From positions 992,001-1,056,000 of the forward strand of contig CAWCKY010000006.1 in NCBI GenBank assembly GCA_963796275.1: DNA of 64,000 nt. The letters run 5' to 3'. Below are positions 53,423 through 62,825 of the stretch, piece after piece. Each line of letters opens with the position of its first letter. Within the stretch, counting starts at the first letter, position 1. The stretch comes from an uncultured Acidobacteriota bacterium. GTDB lineage: Bacteria > Acidobacteriota > Blastocatellia > RBC074. The translations under genes and the position numbers were made by a program. The notes under the pieces were generated by a model. It saw only the letters and a program-made list of their open reading frames with translations, made no database searches and was not told the DNA's origin.

Positions 53423-55036
53423 ATGGTTATAAGGCCACGACGTCTTTTTGAGTGGGTCGAGATTATCTGGAGAAGGAAAAGGGTTCTTTTTTTGATGGGG
53501 CTGGTAATGATGATCGCAGCATACGTCATCATCCGGCGTCTTCCTTCCGTTTATGAATCCGAGTCGACGATAGTCGTCACGCATTATCCCCAGGGTCCCG
53601 ATGACCCGGTGGGAGAGGGTTCTTCCTTCACGAGTGTCATAGCTCATCTGACCAGCCGGGGCAACCTCACCGGATTGATTCAGCGACACAAACTCTATCC
53701 CGAAATTAAGAAGGTTGATCTCGCGCTTGATCTTTTAGAGAAACGTATCAAGGCGGGACTCAATATCAAAATGCGGGGCTATGGATATCCCGACGCGCCT
53801 GAATCCATCAGGATCTCTTACCGCTATTCTGACGCGGCTATCGCGCAGAAGGTGGTGGTTGACCTTGTCTCGAACTTCGAGCGGGCTAATGAGTCGGTCA
53901 GACAACGAGCGTCGGCGGATCTGGAGGGACTCAAGGGACGGATCGAAGATGTAGAAAAGCGGCTCCAGGAATTGGGCCCGGTGCGCGACCTTGAGATGAT
54001 CCGCGCTCAAATGGCGACTCGTATGGCCAACGATGCGACCGTCAACCGCACGCAACGGATGACGGTCGGCACGATGATCGAAACGCTGGCCGATCGGGAA
54101 TATACGCTCGAACGGCAGATCACGGACATAAAGCGCCAGGTCGATGAACAAGAGAGGATCGTCAGCGCGAGCACGTCCAACGGTGTCCCGATGACTAATC
54201 CCGCGGTCGCCGCTCTGCTCGTCCGCAGAGCCGAGCTCGAGGCGAGGATCAAGGGCTACACGGAAGAATATACCGAGAAGAATCCGAAGTTAATCGATGC
54301 GCGCGGCCAGTTGGCCCAGATAAATAAAGAGCTGTCCCGGCTAGAGGCGGGCGTCAGCAGCGGCAGCGTCGCATACTCGACACCCGAGTCGACCGAACTC
54401 AGGAGGTTGAGGATGGAGTTGAATCGCCTCCAGACGGATCTGGATGTCACCAAACGGGATCTTCAGCGGAAGACTAAAGCGATGGATACCCTTCCCGCCG
54501 GGGCTGAGAAGGATCTCGCACTCGCCTCTCCCGGCGCCGATCAAGGCGGGGTACCTGGGGCGGCCGGCGTCTCATCGGACACCAAGACCGAGCACGAACG
54601 GCTGTTGGAGCGTTACAAAGCGCTGCTCGGCAAGCAGGACGAGCTCCAGAAGCTCACCGGAATCGCCGGTTCGACTGCCCCTATGTTTCAGGTGCTCGAT
54701 CACCCGAATATGCCCGGGACTCCCGTCGCGCCCAATCGGCGAATGCTCTTTTTGTTCGCGGCGGCCTTCGCCATCGGTTTCGGCCTGGTGATCATCCTTA
54801 TCCTCGAATTACCGCGCTTTTTTATCTTCAGCGATGAACGCGACATTCAGTACTTCCTGGGCGCTCCTGTTTTGGCGCTCATCCCGGAAACGGTCTCCCA
54901 TTCCGAGCGCAGCCGTCATCGCCGCTTGCGCTGGACGCGCAACCTGGTGCTGTTGTTATTCGCGGCAGCCATTATCCCGTTTCTCATTGTTTTGATCGAT
55001 CGCATGGGAGTCTTTCAGATTCTAGGAAGTCGTTAA
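53423..55036 (+). CDS. Polysaccharide co-polymerase / chain-length determinant (Wzz/GumC, Wzc transmembrane part)
   Basis: N-terminal TM then LPSVYES; long coiled coil with YTEKNP; PNMPGTPVAPN followed by TM; LGAPVLALIP. Confidence 0.85.
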   Translation: MVIRPRRLFEWVEIIWRRKRVLFLMGLVMMIAAYVIIRRLPSVYESESTIVVTHYPQGPDDPVGEGSSFTSVIAHLTSRGNLTGLIQRHKLYPEIKKVDLALDLLEKRIKAGLNIKMRGYGYPDAPESIRISYRYSDAAIAQKVVVDLVSNFERANESVRQRASADLEGLKGRIEDVEKRLQELGPVRDLEMIRAQMATRMANDATVNRTQRMTVGTMIETLADREYTLERQITDIKRQVDEQERIVSASTSNGVPMTNPAVAALLVRRAELEARIKGYTEEYTEKNPKLIDARGQLAQINKELSRLEAGVSSGSVAYSTPESTELRRLRMELNRLQTDLDVTKRDLQRKTKAMDTLPAGAEKDLALASPGADQGGVPGAAGVSSDTKTEHERLLERYKALLGKQDELQKLTGIAGSTAPMFQVLDHPNMPGTPVAPNRRMLFLFAAAFAIGFGLVIILILELPRFFIFSDERDIQYFLGAPVLALIPETVSHSERSRHRRLRWTRNLVLLLFAAAIIPFLIVLIDRMGVFQILGSR

Positions 55037-55121
55037 ATAGACAGTCGTTAAAAGGTGGTATCCACCGTCAACTGAGGACTACTGTGAGCGCCCGCGCTAC
55101 CCGGTAGTTGAATAGGAGAAA

Positions 55122-55937
55122 TTGATGAGGCAGACAACCGAGTTGTTTAAAGTTGTGCCGGAAGCTGTAGAGCAATTGGAAACAACGAATGGAAGAAGGA
55201 TTGAACATAACGGGTCGATAGCGGATGGAAACGCACTCGAAAAGATCGGCTATAACCATCTTCGGCCGTTCGGCAGGCCGGTCCGCGAGACGGAGATCAC
55301 GCCGGCGCGGCTAGATCCGCACCTGGTAACGCTCTATGATTTCGATCCGGAAGCGGCTGGGCAATACCAGCGTCTCGCTGTTACGTTGATCACCGGCGCA
55401 TACAAGAACCCGCCGCTCAAGCGAGTGCTTCTGGTCTCGGCCCATCACGGCGAAGGACGGACCTGCGTCGCCCTCAATCTGGCGGCATCGCTCGCGCGCG
55501 CCAGACAGCGAGTGCTGGTAGTCGACAGTGATTTTATGCGTCCGTCCGTCGGCCGCATGCTGGGCGTCGATTCCGAGATCGGTCTGGCCGAAGCATTGAT
55601 GGATGGCATCCCTCCCGAATACGCCGTCACGCGACTCCTGCCGATCGGGTTCGATATTCTGCCGACCAGAGCGCAGACCGAGAACTCTTCGCAATTGCTC
55701 GCTTCCAAGGATTTCGTGGGCATGCTGGCCGCCTTGGATGCCAATTACGATTTCATTTTGTTCGATTCCGCACCGCTGCTGGCATCGTCCGATGCAAGTC
55801 TGATCGTGCTGCACACTCATGCGACATTGCTGGTCGTCCGCCCGGGCATCACAACGACTGCTCAGATGGGGAAGGCTATTTCGATGCTCAATGAGGATAC
55901 TTTCTACGGAGTCGTGCTCAACCGCGTCGTCTCATAG
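55122..55937 (+). CDS. CpsD/CapB-family BY-kinase domain, atypical (Walker A Lys replaced by Arg, no Tyr cluster)
   Basis: HGEGRT, VVDSDFMRP, FILFDSAP, GVVLNR. Confidence 0.82.
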   Translation: MMRQTTELFKVVPEAVEQLETTNGRRIEHNGSIADGNALEKIGYNHLRPFGRPVRETEITPARLDPHLVTLYDFDPEAAGQYQRLAVTLITGAYKNPPLKRVLLVSAHHGEGRTCVALNLAASLARARQRVLVVDSDFMRPSVGRMLGVDSEIGLAEALMDGIPPEYAVTRLLPIGFDILPTRAQTENSSQLLASKDFVGMLAALDANYDFILFDSAPLLASSDASLIVLHTHATLLVVRPGITTTAQMGKAISMLNEDTFYGVVLNRVVS

Positions 55938-55942
55938 TGAAT

Positions 55943-56014
55943 AGTTTTCAGTTTTTAGTTTCGGCAGGCGGTTCCGATCGGCGACTGAAAACTAAACGCT
56001 GAAAACTAAAAACT
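55943..56014. repeat. Heptamer-periodic (AAAACT-type) hairpin abutting the wza RBS
   Basis: AGTTTTCAGTTTTTAGTTT...CTGAAAACTAAAAACT; same family as 16185-16343. Confidence 0.65.
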
Positions 56015-56033
56015 TTTTTCTGAGGAGGAGAAT

Positions 56034-56843
56034 ATGTCAGTTAGGAAGTCGTGCTTGTTTGCCGTGATTATCGCAGTAACGTGGTCGATCTTAATCGCTC
56101 AGGTTGCCGCGCAGGCGCCATCTTCCGATAAATCGAATAATCGTAAGCAGACTGTGCCGCAGTCTGCGGGTGCGAAGTCTGAGACGGCGGCCGATACCGC
56201 CGCTACATCGTCCGATGACGGTGACAACGTGATGGTCCGGGATATCATGCGGAAATTCCGCGATAACTATCGTCTGGGCCCCGACGATGAGCTCGCGATC
56301 CGGGTCCTCAAACAACCCGACTATTCGCTGGAAAGAGTCAAAGTATCGCCGGTGGGATCGATCTTTCACCCATTGCTCGGCGAGGTCAACGTCGCCGGTT
56401 TGACGATCGAACAGCTGAAGAAGCAACTGACGACCGAGCTCAGCGAATACGTGCTCGATCCCAACCTCTACATAGAATTGCTCGTGGCCCACAGCGCCAA
56501 GATAGGAGTGATCGGCGAGATCGCCCGGCCCGGCATCATAGTTATGACCAGGCCGATGACCGTGCTCGATGCGATAATCGAAGCAGGCGGCATTACCGAT
56601 ATGGGCAAGAAGAGCGCCGTAGCCGTGCTGAGGCAACCGGTTGACGGGAACAAACAGTTGATTGAGGTCAATGTCAAAAAGATTCTCCAGAACAAAGCCG
56701 ACCCCGCAGAGAACATAGCGCTTCAGGCTGGGGACACGGTGATCGTGCACGGCAATGCCATGAAGACGCTCACGAAGATCACCTCGGTTACGGGCCTTGC
56801 AAGTCTCCTCACATTTCTCTCGATCGGGGGAGGAGGCAGGTGA
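56034..56843 (+). CDS. wza: Polysaccharide export protein (Wza/OPX family, Poly_export + SLBB domains)
   Basis: YRLGPDDEL, GSIFHPLLGEV.VAGLT, VIGEIARPG, AIIEAGG, LQAGDTVIV; SD GAGGAGG. Confidence 0.85.
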   Translation: MSVRKSCLFAVIIAVTWSILIAQVAAQAPSSDKSNNRKQTVPQSAGAKSETAADTAATSSDDGDNVMVRDIMRKFRDNYRLGPDDELAIRVLKQPDYSLERVKVSPVGSIFHPLLGEVNVAGLTIEQLKKQLTTELSEYVLDPNLYIELLVAHSAKIGVIGEIARPGIIVMTRPMTVLDAIIEAGGITDMGKKSAVAVLRQPVDGNKQLIEVNVKKILQNKADPAENIALQAGDTVIVHGNAMKTLTKITSVTGLASLLTFLSIGGGGR

Positions 56844-56868
56844 AAGCAATTTGGGATCGGGGGGTGAG

Positions 56869-57918
56869 ATGAAGCAGGGTTTACTCAAGTTAATGAGCGT
56901 AACCGGCATGTTCGATATGTTCCGGCTGCTCAATCGCAATCGCGCCTTGATCTTGACCTACCATCGCTTCAGCGCGAATGGATACGGCGAGTACACGTCG
57001 GCCGCCGCCTTCAATGAGCAATTAGCATATCTCAAAGCCCATTATCAGGTAGTTCCGCTCTCTCATCTCGTCGAACGCCTGAGCGTGAGCGGGTCTTTAC
57101 CTCCGGGAATGGCCGCCATCACGATCGATGATGGATACAGCGATTCATACGAGATCGCTTACCCTCTGCTCAAACGATACGGCGTACCGGCCACCATTTA
57201 TCTGGTGACGGATTTCGTCGAGCGATATGCCTGGATGTGGACCGACAAGGTCCGGTATATCACAGCACAGGCGGTCGCGCAGAGACTTGCCATAACTATC
57301 GATGGCGACCAGTATCGTTTTGAACTGGATGATCACGGCTCACGGATTGCCGCGTCAGAACGGATCAACGCGGCGCTCAAACGACTCAGCGAAGAGATGA
57401 AGGAGGAGACCATCAAGCAGCTCGCATCGCTGCTCGAAGTGATAATACCGGCGACGCCACCCGACGATTTCTCCGCTGTGAGCTGGGAGGAGGTCCACGA
57501 GATGGCGAGGAATAGAATCGAATTCGGATCACACACCCTTACTCATCCGATACTGACCAATGTCGGCGATGAGCAATTGCGACAGGAATTGACCGAATCA
57601 CGCACTCATATCGAAGCCGTTTTGCGACGGCGCATTGAACAGTTTTGTTATCCCAACGGCGATTACAACGAACGGGTGACGAGCGAAGTCTCGCGAGCTG
57701 GATATGTTTCGGCGGTGACCACCGTCAGCGGTCTGGTCGAAACGGGAGATGAGCGGTTTACCCTGCGGCGAATCCATACGGAACATGACCTCCCCCATTT
57801 TTTACAGAGAACCAGCGGATTTGAACAATTGAAAATCAAGCTGCGCTCCTCGGTCGCGAAGAAATCATCTCTCCTCTCTTCGCGGGTGATCAACGCTGAA
57901 CCTGGGAAGATCAGCTAA
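56869..57918 (+). CDS. Polysaccharide deacetylase (CE4/NodB)
   Basis: ILTYHR, ITIDDGY, GSHTLTHP, FCYPNG; start ATG 56869. Confidence 0.9.
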   Translation: MKQGLLKLMSVTGMFDMFRLLNRNRALILTYHRFSANGYGEYTSAAAFNEQLAYLKAHYQVVPLSHLVERLSVSGSLPPGMAAITIDDGYSDSYEIAYPLLKRYGVPATIYLVTDFVERYAWMWTDKVRYITAQAVAQRLAITIDGDQYRFELDDHGSRIAASERINAALKRLSEEMKEETIKQLASLLEVIIPATPPDDFSAVSWEEVHEMARNRIEFGSHTLTHPILTNVGDEQLRQELTESRTHIEAVLRRRIEQFCYPNGDYNERVTSEVSRAGYVSAVTTVSGLVETGDERFTLRRIHTEHDLPHFLQRTSGFEQLKIKLRSSVAKKSSLLSSRVINAEPGKIS

Positions 57919-58032
57919 GTGCAGGAATTACGAGCTGATATACCCGATGTGATGTCCTGAAGGGCACAAGACGCCAGGGTCGAGAGCGATCTTCAATCCC
58001 TGGCCCCCTGGCCGAGGTTGCCAATTGCGAGA

Positions 58033-59571
58033 ATGAATACCGCCACTCCAACAGAAGGGATCGAGCAGAGAAGCGAGGGTTTGACGCGCCGCGCCGCGCT
58101 CATTATGGCCGCCAACGTCATAGCCACTGCGATGACGTTTATGCTGCCGCTCGTGTTGGTACGTTCATTGAATCAGGCGGAGTTCGGGATTTATAAGCAG
58201 GCGTTCCAGATTGTGCTCTCGGCTATGGCGATCCTGAACCTCCAGGTGGCCGTCAGCGTCTTCTATTTCTCGGCGCGCGAGCCCGGCAAAAAACTGCAGG
58301 TGGCGCATAATGTCATGGTCTTTTATGGTCTGGTCGGGTTGGCGGTCTTCCTGATCTTCCTGAGCTGGCCCACTTGGGTTACCTTGATTTTCAGGAGCTC
58401 GGACCTCGTGCCGTACGTCCCGTTGATCGGGCTGGTCATCTTCTCATCGCTCGTCTCCAACAACCTCGATGCGATTCCGATAGCGAACGGTGATGTGCGT
58501 ATCGCCTCCGTCTTGATTGTGGCCGCACAGCTGGTGAAGGCTATTTTGATGATTGCCGCCGCCTACGTCTTCGGCACGATCACCGCGATCCTCTGTGCTG
58601 CCGTCCTGCACGGGGCCGTCCAGACGATGCTGATGGCGGTTTACATCCGCCGGCGCTTCGGCCGGTTCCTCGCAGCATTCGACTGGCCGCTCTTCAAAGC
58701 CCAGATAGGCAATGCGCTGCCATTCGGGATCGGAGGCATCGTGGCGATCCTCCAGAGTGACTTGCACAACTATTTCGTCTCGTACCATTTCGAGCCGGCC
58801 GTCTTCGCCATCTATGCGGTCGGGTGCTTTCAGGTCCCGATACTCAGTATGCTATCGAGCTCATTCGCGAGCGCGGTCAATCCCGAACTCGCCCGTTGCC
58901 AGGAGGCGGGCGATGCGCGAGCCATCGTCTGGCTCTGGATGGATGTGGTGCGGAAACTCGCCTTCTTCTATTTCCCGGCATTCGCACTGCTCTTCACCAT
59001 GCGTACCGAGTTGATCACTCTCCTCTTCACGGCGAACTATTCGGCATCCGTGCCGATCTTCGCCATCTACCTCATCGGCGTGCTTTATGCGGTGACCATA
59101 CATATGCATATTCTGCGCCTCTTCGATGAGCTGAAGTATTTTAGATTGAAACTCTATCTCGTGCTGCTGCCCATAACATATGGGGCGCTCTGGCTGGGCC
59201 TGCGAACTGCGGGTTTGATCGGCATAGCTATCGCGGTGATCTCGATCCAGGCGCTCGACCTGAGTATCAACCTGATAGTTATCGGGCGGAGGCTGGGCAT
59301 CCGGTATCGCGACCTCTCCCAGCTCGCGCCGCTCTTTCGCATCGGTTGCGCCGCCGTCGCCGCCGCCCTGGTTACATTCATCGCCAAGCTCGCGCTCGCG
59401 CAGTTATCCGTCTTCGCCTTGCTCTGCTTCTGCGCTGCGGTCTTCGGTTTTATCTATTTGATTGCGATCTTCCTGCTTGGCGCAATAACGCGCGAGGAGC
59501 AATACCGACTTCGTGCAATTTTCTGGCAGCGTTATTCGAGGTATAGCGCTCGCTTCAAACTCTCCTGGTAG
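58033..59571 (+). CDS. wzx: Oligosaccharide flippase (Wzx, MOP family)
   Basis: 12-14 TM pattern; LVRSLNQAEFGIY, FAIYAVG and LLFTANY motifs; EPS context. Confidence 0.82.
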   Translation: MNTATPTEGIEQRSEGLTRRAALIMAANVIATAMTFMLPLVLVRSLNQAEFGIYKQAFQIVLSAMAILNLQVAVSVFYFSAREPGKKLQVAHNVMVFYGLVGLAVFLIFLSWPTWVTLIFRSSDLVPYVPLIGLVIFSSLVSNNLDAIPIANGDVRIASVLIVAAQLVKAILMIAAAYVFGTITAILCAAVLHGAVQTMLMAVYIRRRFGRFLAAFDWPLFKAQIGNALPFGIGGIVAILQSDLHNYFVSYHFEPAVFAIYAVGCFQVPILSMLSSSFASAVNPELARCQEAGDARAIVWLWMDVVRKLAFFYFPAFALLFTMRTELITLLFTANYSASVPIFAIYLIGVLYAVTIHMHILRLFDELKYFRLKLYLVLLPITYGALWLGLRTAGLIGIAIAVISIQALDLSINLIVIGRRLGIRYRDLSQLAPLFRIGCAAVAAALVTFIAKLALAQLSVFALLCFCAAVFGFIYLIAIFLLGAITREEQYRLRAIFWQRYSRYSARFKLSW

Positions 59572-59590
59572 CATTGTGGAGTAACAAGTG

Positions 59591-60811
59591 ATGGATACCC
59601 AACCTATTGTCACTCAGATAATAATCGTTCAGGCTATTTTTATAGTGGCCGTGGCGATGATCGGCTTGATCTATATCGGCTATCCGATGCTGATCTTCGT
59701 ACTGAGCCGTCTCTTCGCATTTCCGGTGCGCCAGGCCGAGATCACGCCTTCGGTATCGTTTGTCATCGCGGCTTACAACGAGGAGAAAGATCTGGCGAGA
59801 AAGATCGAGAACACGCTTGCCCTCGATTACCCGCGGGAGAAACTGGAGGTGATCATTGCATCGGACTGTTCGTCGGATCGTACCGATGAGATCGCCCTCG
59901 GCTATACCGGTCTGGGCGTATATCTGCATCGCCAGCCTGAGCGTGCGGGTAAGACAGTGGCGCAGAACCGCGCCGTTCAGATATCTACCGGTGAAATCCT
60001 GGTCTTCTCCGATGCCACCACGATGTATGGAACCGACGCGCTGCGCCACATCGTCCGTAATTTCGCCGATCCTGCGGTTGGGTGCGTCGCCGGGCAATTG
60101 ATCTACGTTGACCGTACATCGACCGCGGTCGGTCGCGGCTGCCGCTCCTATTGGGACTACGAAAAGTTCTTGAAGAGTTGCGAGAGCCAGCTTCGCTCGT
60201 TGATCGGGGTGAGCGGCTGTTTGTATGCCGTCAGGCGAAGCTGCCACGCAAAGTTGGACAACGATATGATCGATGACTTCGTGATCGCGACCGAGATCCA
60301 CCTGCAGGGGTTACGCACGATTTACGAGCCCGATGCAATCTCGACTGAAGAGACCAATGATCGGTCCCGGGATGAATTCCGCATGCGGGTGCGGGTGATG
60401 GAGCAAACCATGAGCGCGCTCGATCGGTATCGCGAGGTGCTCAACCCCTTCAAACACGGGATGTTTGCCATCCAGATGATTTGCCACAAACTGCTCCGCT
60501 ATACGCTGCCGGTCTGGCTCCTGATAGCGTTTATTACGAGCGCCCTATTGATGTGGAACTCCGATTTTTTCTTGCTGGTGTTCATGCTCCAGATACTGTT
60601 CTACGTGTTGTCGTTCGCGGGTTATCTGGGCGAAAGATTTAAACTGAGTCACACATTGCTGAGCATGCCGTACTACTTCGTCCTCGTTAACGTAGCTTCG
60701 CTGGTTGCTTTCCTGAAGTATTTTCGAGGCGAGGCCCACGTCGTCTGGGATCCTGTTCGCTCGGGAGCCGATCCGCTGCGGACTGGAAATGTTGTCGGGG
60801 AAACGGAATAA
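59591..60811 (+). CDS. GT2 glycosyltransferase
   Basis: IAAYNEE, SDCSSD, GKTVAQN, FSDA, IDDF, RMRVR; C-terminal TMs. Confidence 0.9.
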   Translation: MDTQPIVTQIIIVQAIFIVAVAMIGLIYIGYPMLIFVLSRLFAFPVRQAEITPSVSFVIAAYNEEKDLARKIENTLALDYPREKLEVIIASDCSSDRTDEIALGYTGLGVYLHRQPERAGKTVAQNRAVQISTGEILVFSDATTMYGTDALRHIVRNFADPAVGCVAGQLIYVDRTSTAVGRGCRSYWDYEKFLKSCESQLRSLIGVSGCLYAVRRSCHAKLDNDMIDDFVIATEIHLQGLRTIYEPDAISTEETNDRSRDEFRMRVRVMEQTMSALDRYREVLNPFKHGMFAIQMICHKLLRYTLPVWLLIAFITSALLMWNSDFFLLVFMLQILFYVLSFAGYLGERFKLSHTLLSMPYYFVLVNVASLVAFLKYFRGEAHVVWDPVRSGADPLRTGNVVGETE

Positions 60812-60905
60812 GAAGGAAGGATTGAGTCGATGATGGGCTCGACTGGATGGAGAATAATGCGCATCCGGTTCAATTCATCGGAAAACGCGATAATTTGAGA
60901 AAGCG

Positions 60906-62493
60906 ATGAGATTATCACCAATGAACCGGGGCGCGGGGACTGGCGCCCTTATTAGGCAAGGGGAGGAATCGCGCGCTGGGGCGCTGCGCGAGGGAGCGAG
61001 CGCTGGCACGCTGCGCGAGGAATCGCGCGCTGGCATGATGCGCGAGGGAGCGAGCGGTGCGTTGTCTGAAAAACATCAGCTGGCCTTTCTCGCCACCGTC
61101 ATCTTCAGCGTATTGCTCTATCTCCGACCTCATGAGGTATATCCGGGTATCTTCGGCGTCATACCTTTCGCGAAGATAGTCGCGCTGGTCGCGATTGGGG
61201 CGTATTTCATTTCGAAGACCCAACTGGGCGAACGGATGAGCATCTGGCCGTTAGAGCTGAAGATGATCTATTTTCTGCTCTTCCTGGGATTGCTCTTCAC
61301 CCCCTTCGCCGCCAGTCCGGGCGTGAGTCTAGAGACGTTAAACGATCCATTTTTAAAAGTGGTTGTCATCTTCTTTTTGATGATCAACCTCATCGATTCA
61401 CGCAAGCGTCTTCGCATGATCATGTCCTGGAGTAGTACTCTGCGGAGTTCCCTTGGGGCTGCATGCTATCAAGAGTTATCTATCCGGAGAATTTGCTCTG
61501 AGGGGCATGCGGATCACGGGATTGGGCAAAGGCCTATTTGGCAATCCTAATGATCTGGCAATCTGTCTCAATATGTTGCTCCCGCTCGCCGTGGTACTCG
61601 GGCTGATGAGCAGTGGTATCAGGCGCATAATATTTCTGGGCGGCGCCCTGGTGATGTTCGCCGGCATCGTCTGCACCTATTCGCGCGGCGGATTTCTGGG
61701 GCTCATCTTCTCGCTCGGCTTCATGGTATGGAAGCTGTCGCATCGTAAAAGAGTTCGCACAATGGCGTTGGTTATCGTCTCGGTCGCTGTTCTGCTTCCG
61801 GTGTTACCCGGGAGTTACGGCAAGCGTATCATGACGATTTTCGAGTCGGACAGTGACACGACCGGGTCATCCCACGAGCGCAAGGAAATACTCATGGACT
61901 CGATTTCCCGGACGATGGAGCGTCCGATCATCGGAGTCGGGGTGGGTAACTTTGCGATCCATTCGCTTCATGGAATGGTAGCCCATAACTCATACGTTGA
62001 GATTGCGGCAGAGTTGGGCATCTTCGGATTACTGGCCTACTTGATCGTGATACTGGCGTCCTTCCGCTCGCTCGGTCGCCTCGAGAAGGAGGTCAGGCGT
62101 AGAGAAGGCGAGCGCGATTCGATCCATCATAAGCCGAGGTCCGGAATATTACGGATCGGCGGCGGAGATGGTGACGAATCCCAGCAAGACGTCGTCGCTC
62201 AGGAAGCAAAAAGGTCTCGTGAGTTCTATTTTCTCATAGTCGGTGTCAGGTCGACGCTCATCGCCTATATGGTAGTCAGCTTCTTCGGCTCGGTTCAATA
62301 CCTCTGGTATCTCTACTACCCGGTAGCATACGCCATATCGCTGGGGGTTATCCATGCGCTCGAGGTATCCGGAGAGAATGTGGCGTCCCCCAAGAATGGA
62401 TTACTAAGGCAGGACGGGAGTGAGAGGCGTGAGCTCAAGAGCACTGGTTTGAAGAAAGGCGTTTACTGGTTGAAATCAGCGACTGGACGTTGA
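60906..62493 (+). CDS. O-antigen ligase/Wzy_C-family polymerase, split by a frameshift near 61431 (ORFs 60906-61550 and 61453-62493)
   Basis: YLRPHE N-terminal part; second frame FGNPNDLA, TYSRGGF, PIIGVGVGNF, AHNSYVEIAAELG. Removing one base near 61425-61431 joins the frames. Confidence 0.8.
60963..61061 (+). repeat. Coding 27-bp tandem repeat (A-B-A-B')
   Basis: GAGGAATCGCGCGCTGG... alternates with GAGGGAGCGAGCG...; encodes EESRAGALR-EGASAGTLR-EESRAGMMR-EGASGA. Confidence 0.8.
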
Positions 62494-62509
62494 TTCAAGT
62501 CGCCAGGGT

Positions 62510-62768
62510 AAATATTTGAGGACTGTGCAAATTAATACCGGTGATTATCGGCAGTTTCCGATTGGCTCCGGAGGAGCCCGATGTATATAGCATTCGATTA
62601 TCTAAATCTTAAGAGCTCCGGAGGAGCGACATATGAATGTCTATATGTCGCTCCTCCGGAGCTTGTGAGATCTGAATGAACGAGTTCTATAAACATCCCG
62701 CGCCTCTGGCGCTCAGGATCGATAACGTTGATTCAATGACTTTTTATTTGCACATTCCTCAGATATTT
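62510..62768. mobile_element. MITE-like element, copy 2, with 23-bp terminal inverted repeats
   Basis: AAATATTTGAGGACTGTGCAAAT (62510-62532) pairs with ATTTGCACATTCCTCAGATATTT (62746-62768) with 2 mismatches; internal GCTCCGGAGGAGC palindromes. Confidence 0.75.
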
Positions 62769-62825
62769 CGAGATTGTTACAATTCCTCCAACAACTGTTG
62801 CGAGGATTCGGGGGCATAATTATTT

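Noticed and set aside
60840-60885. tRNA-like GGTTCAATTC
   Set aside because: No T-stem pairing, acceptor stem or cloverleaf.
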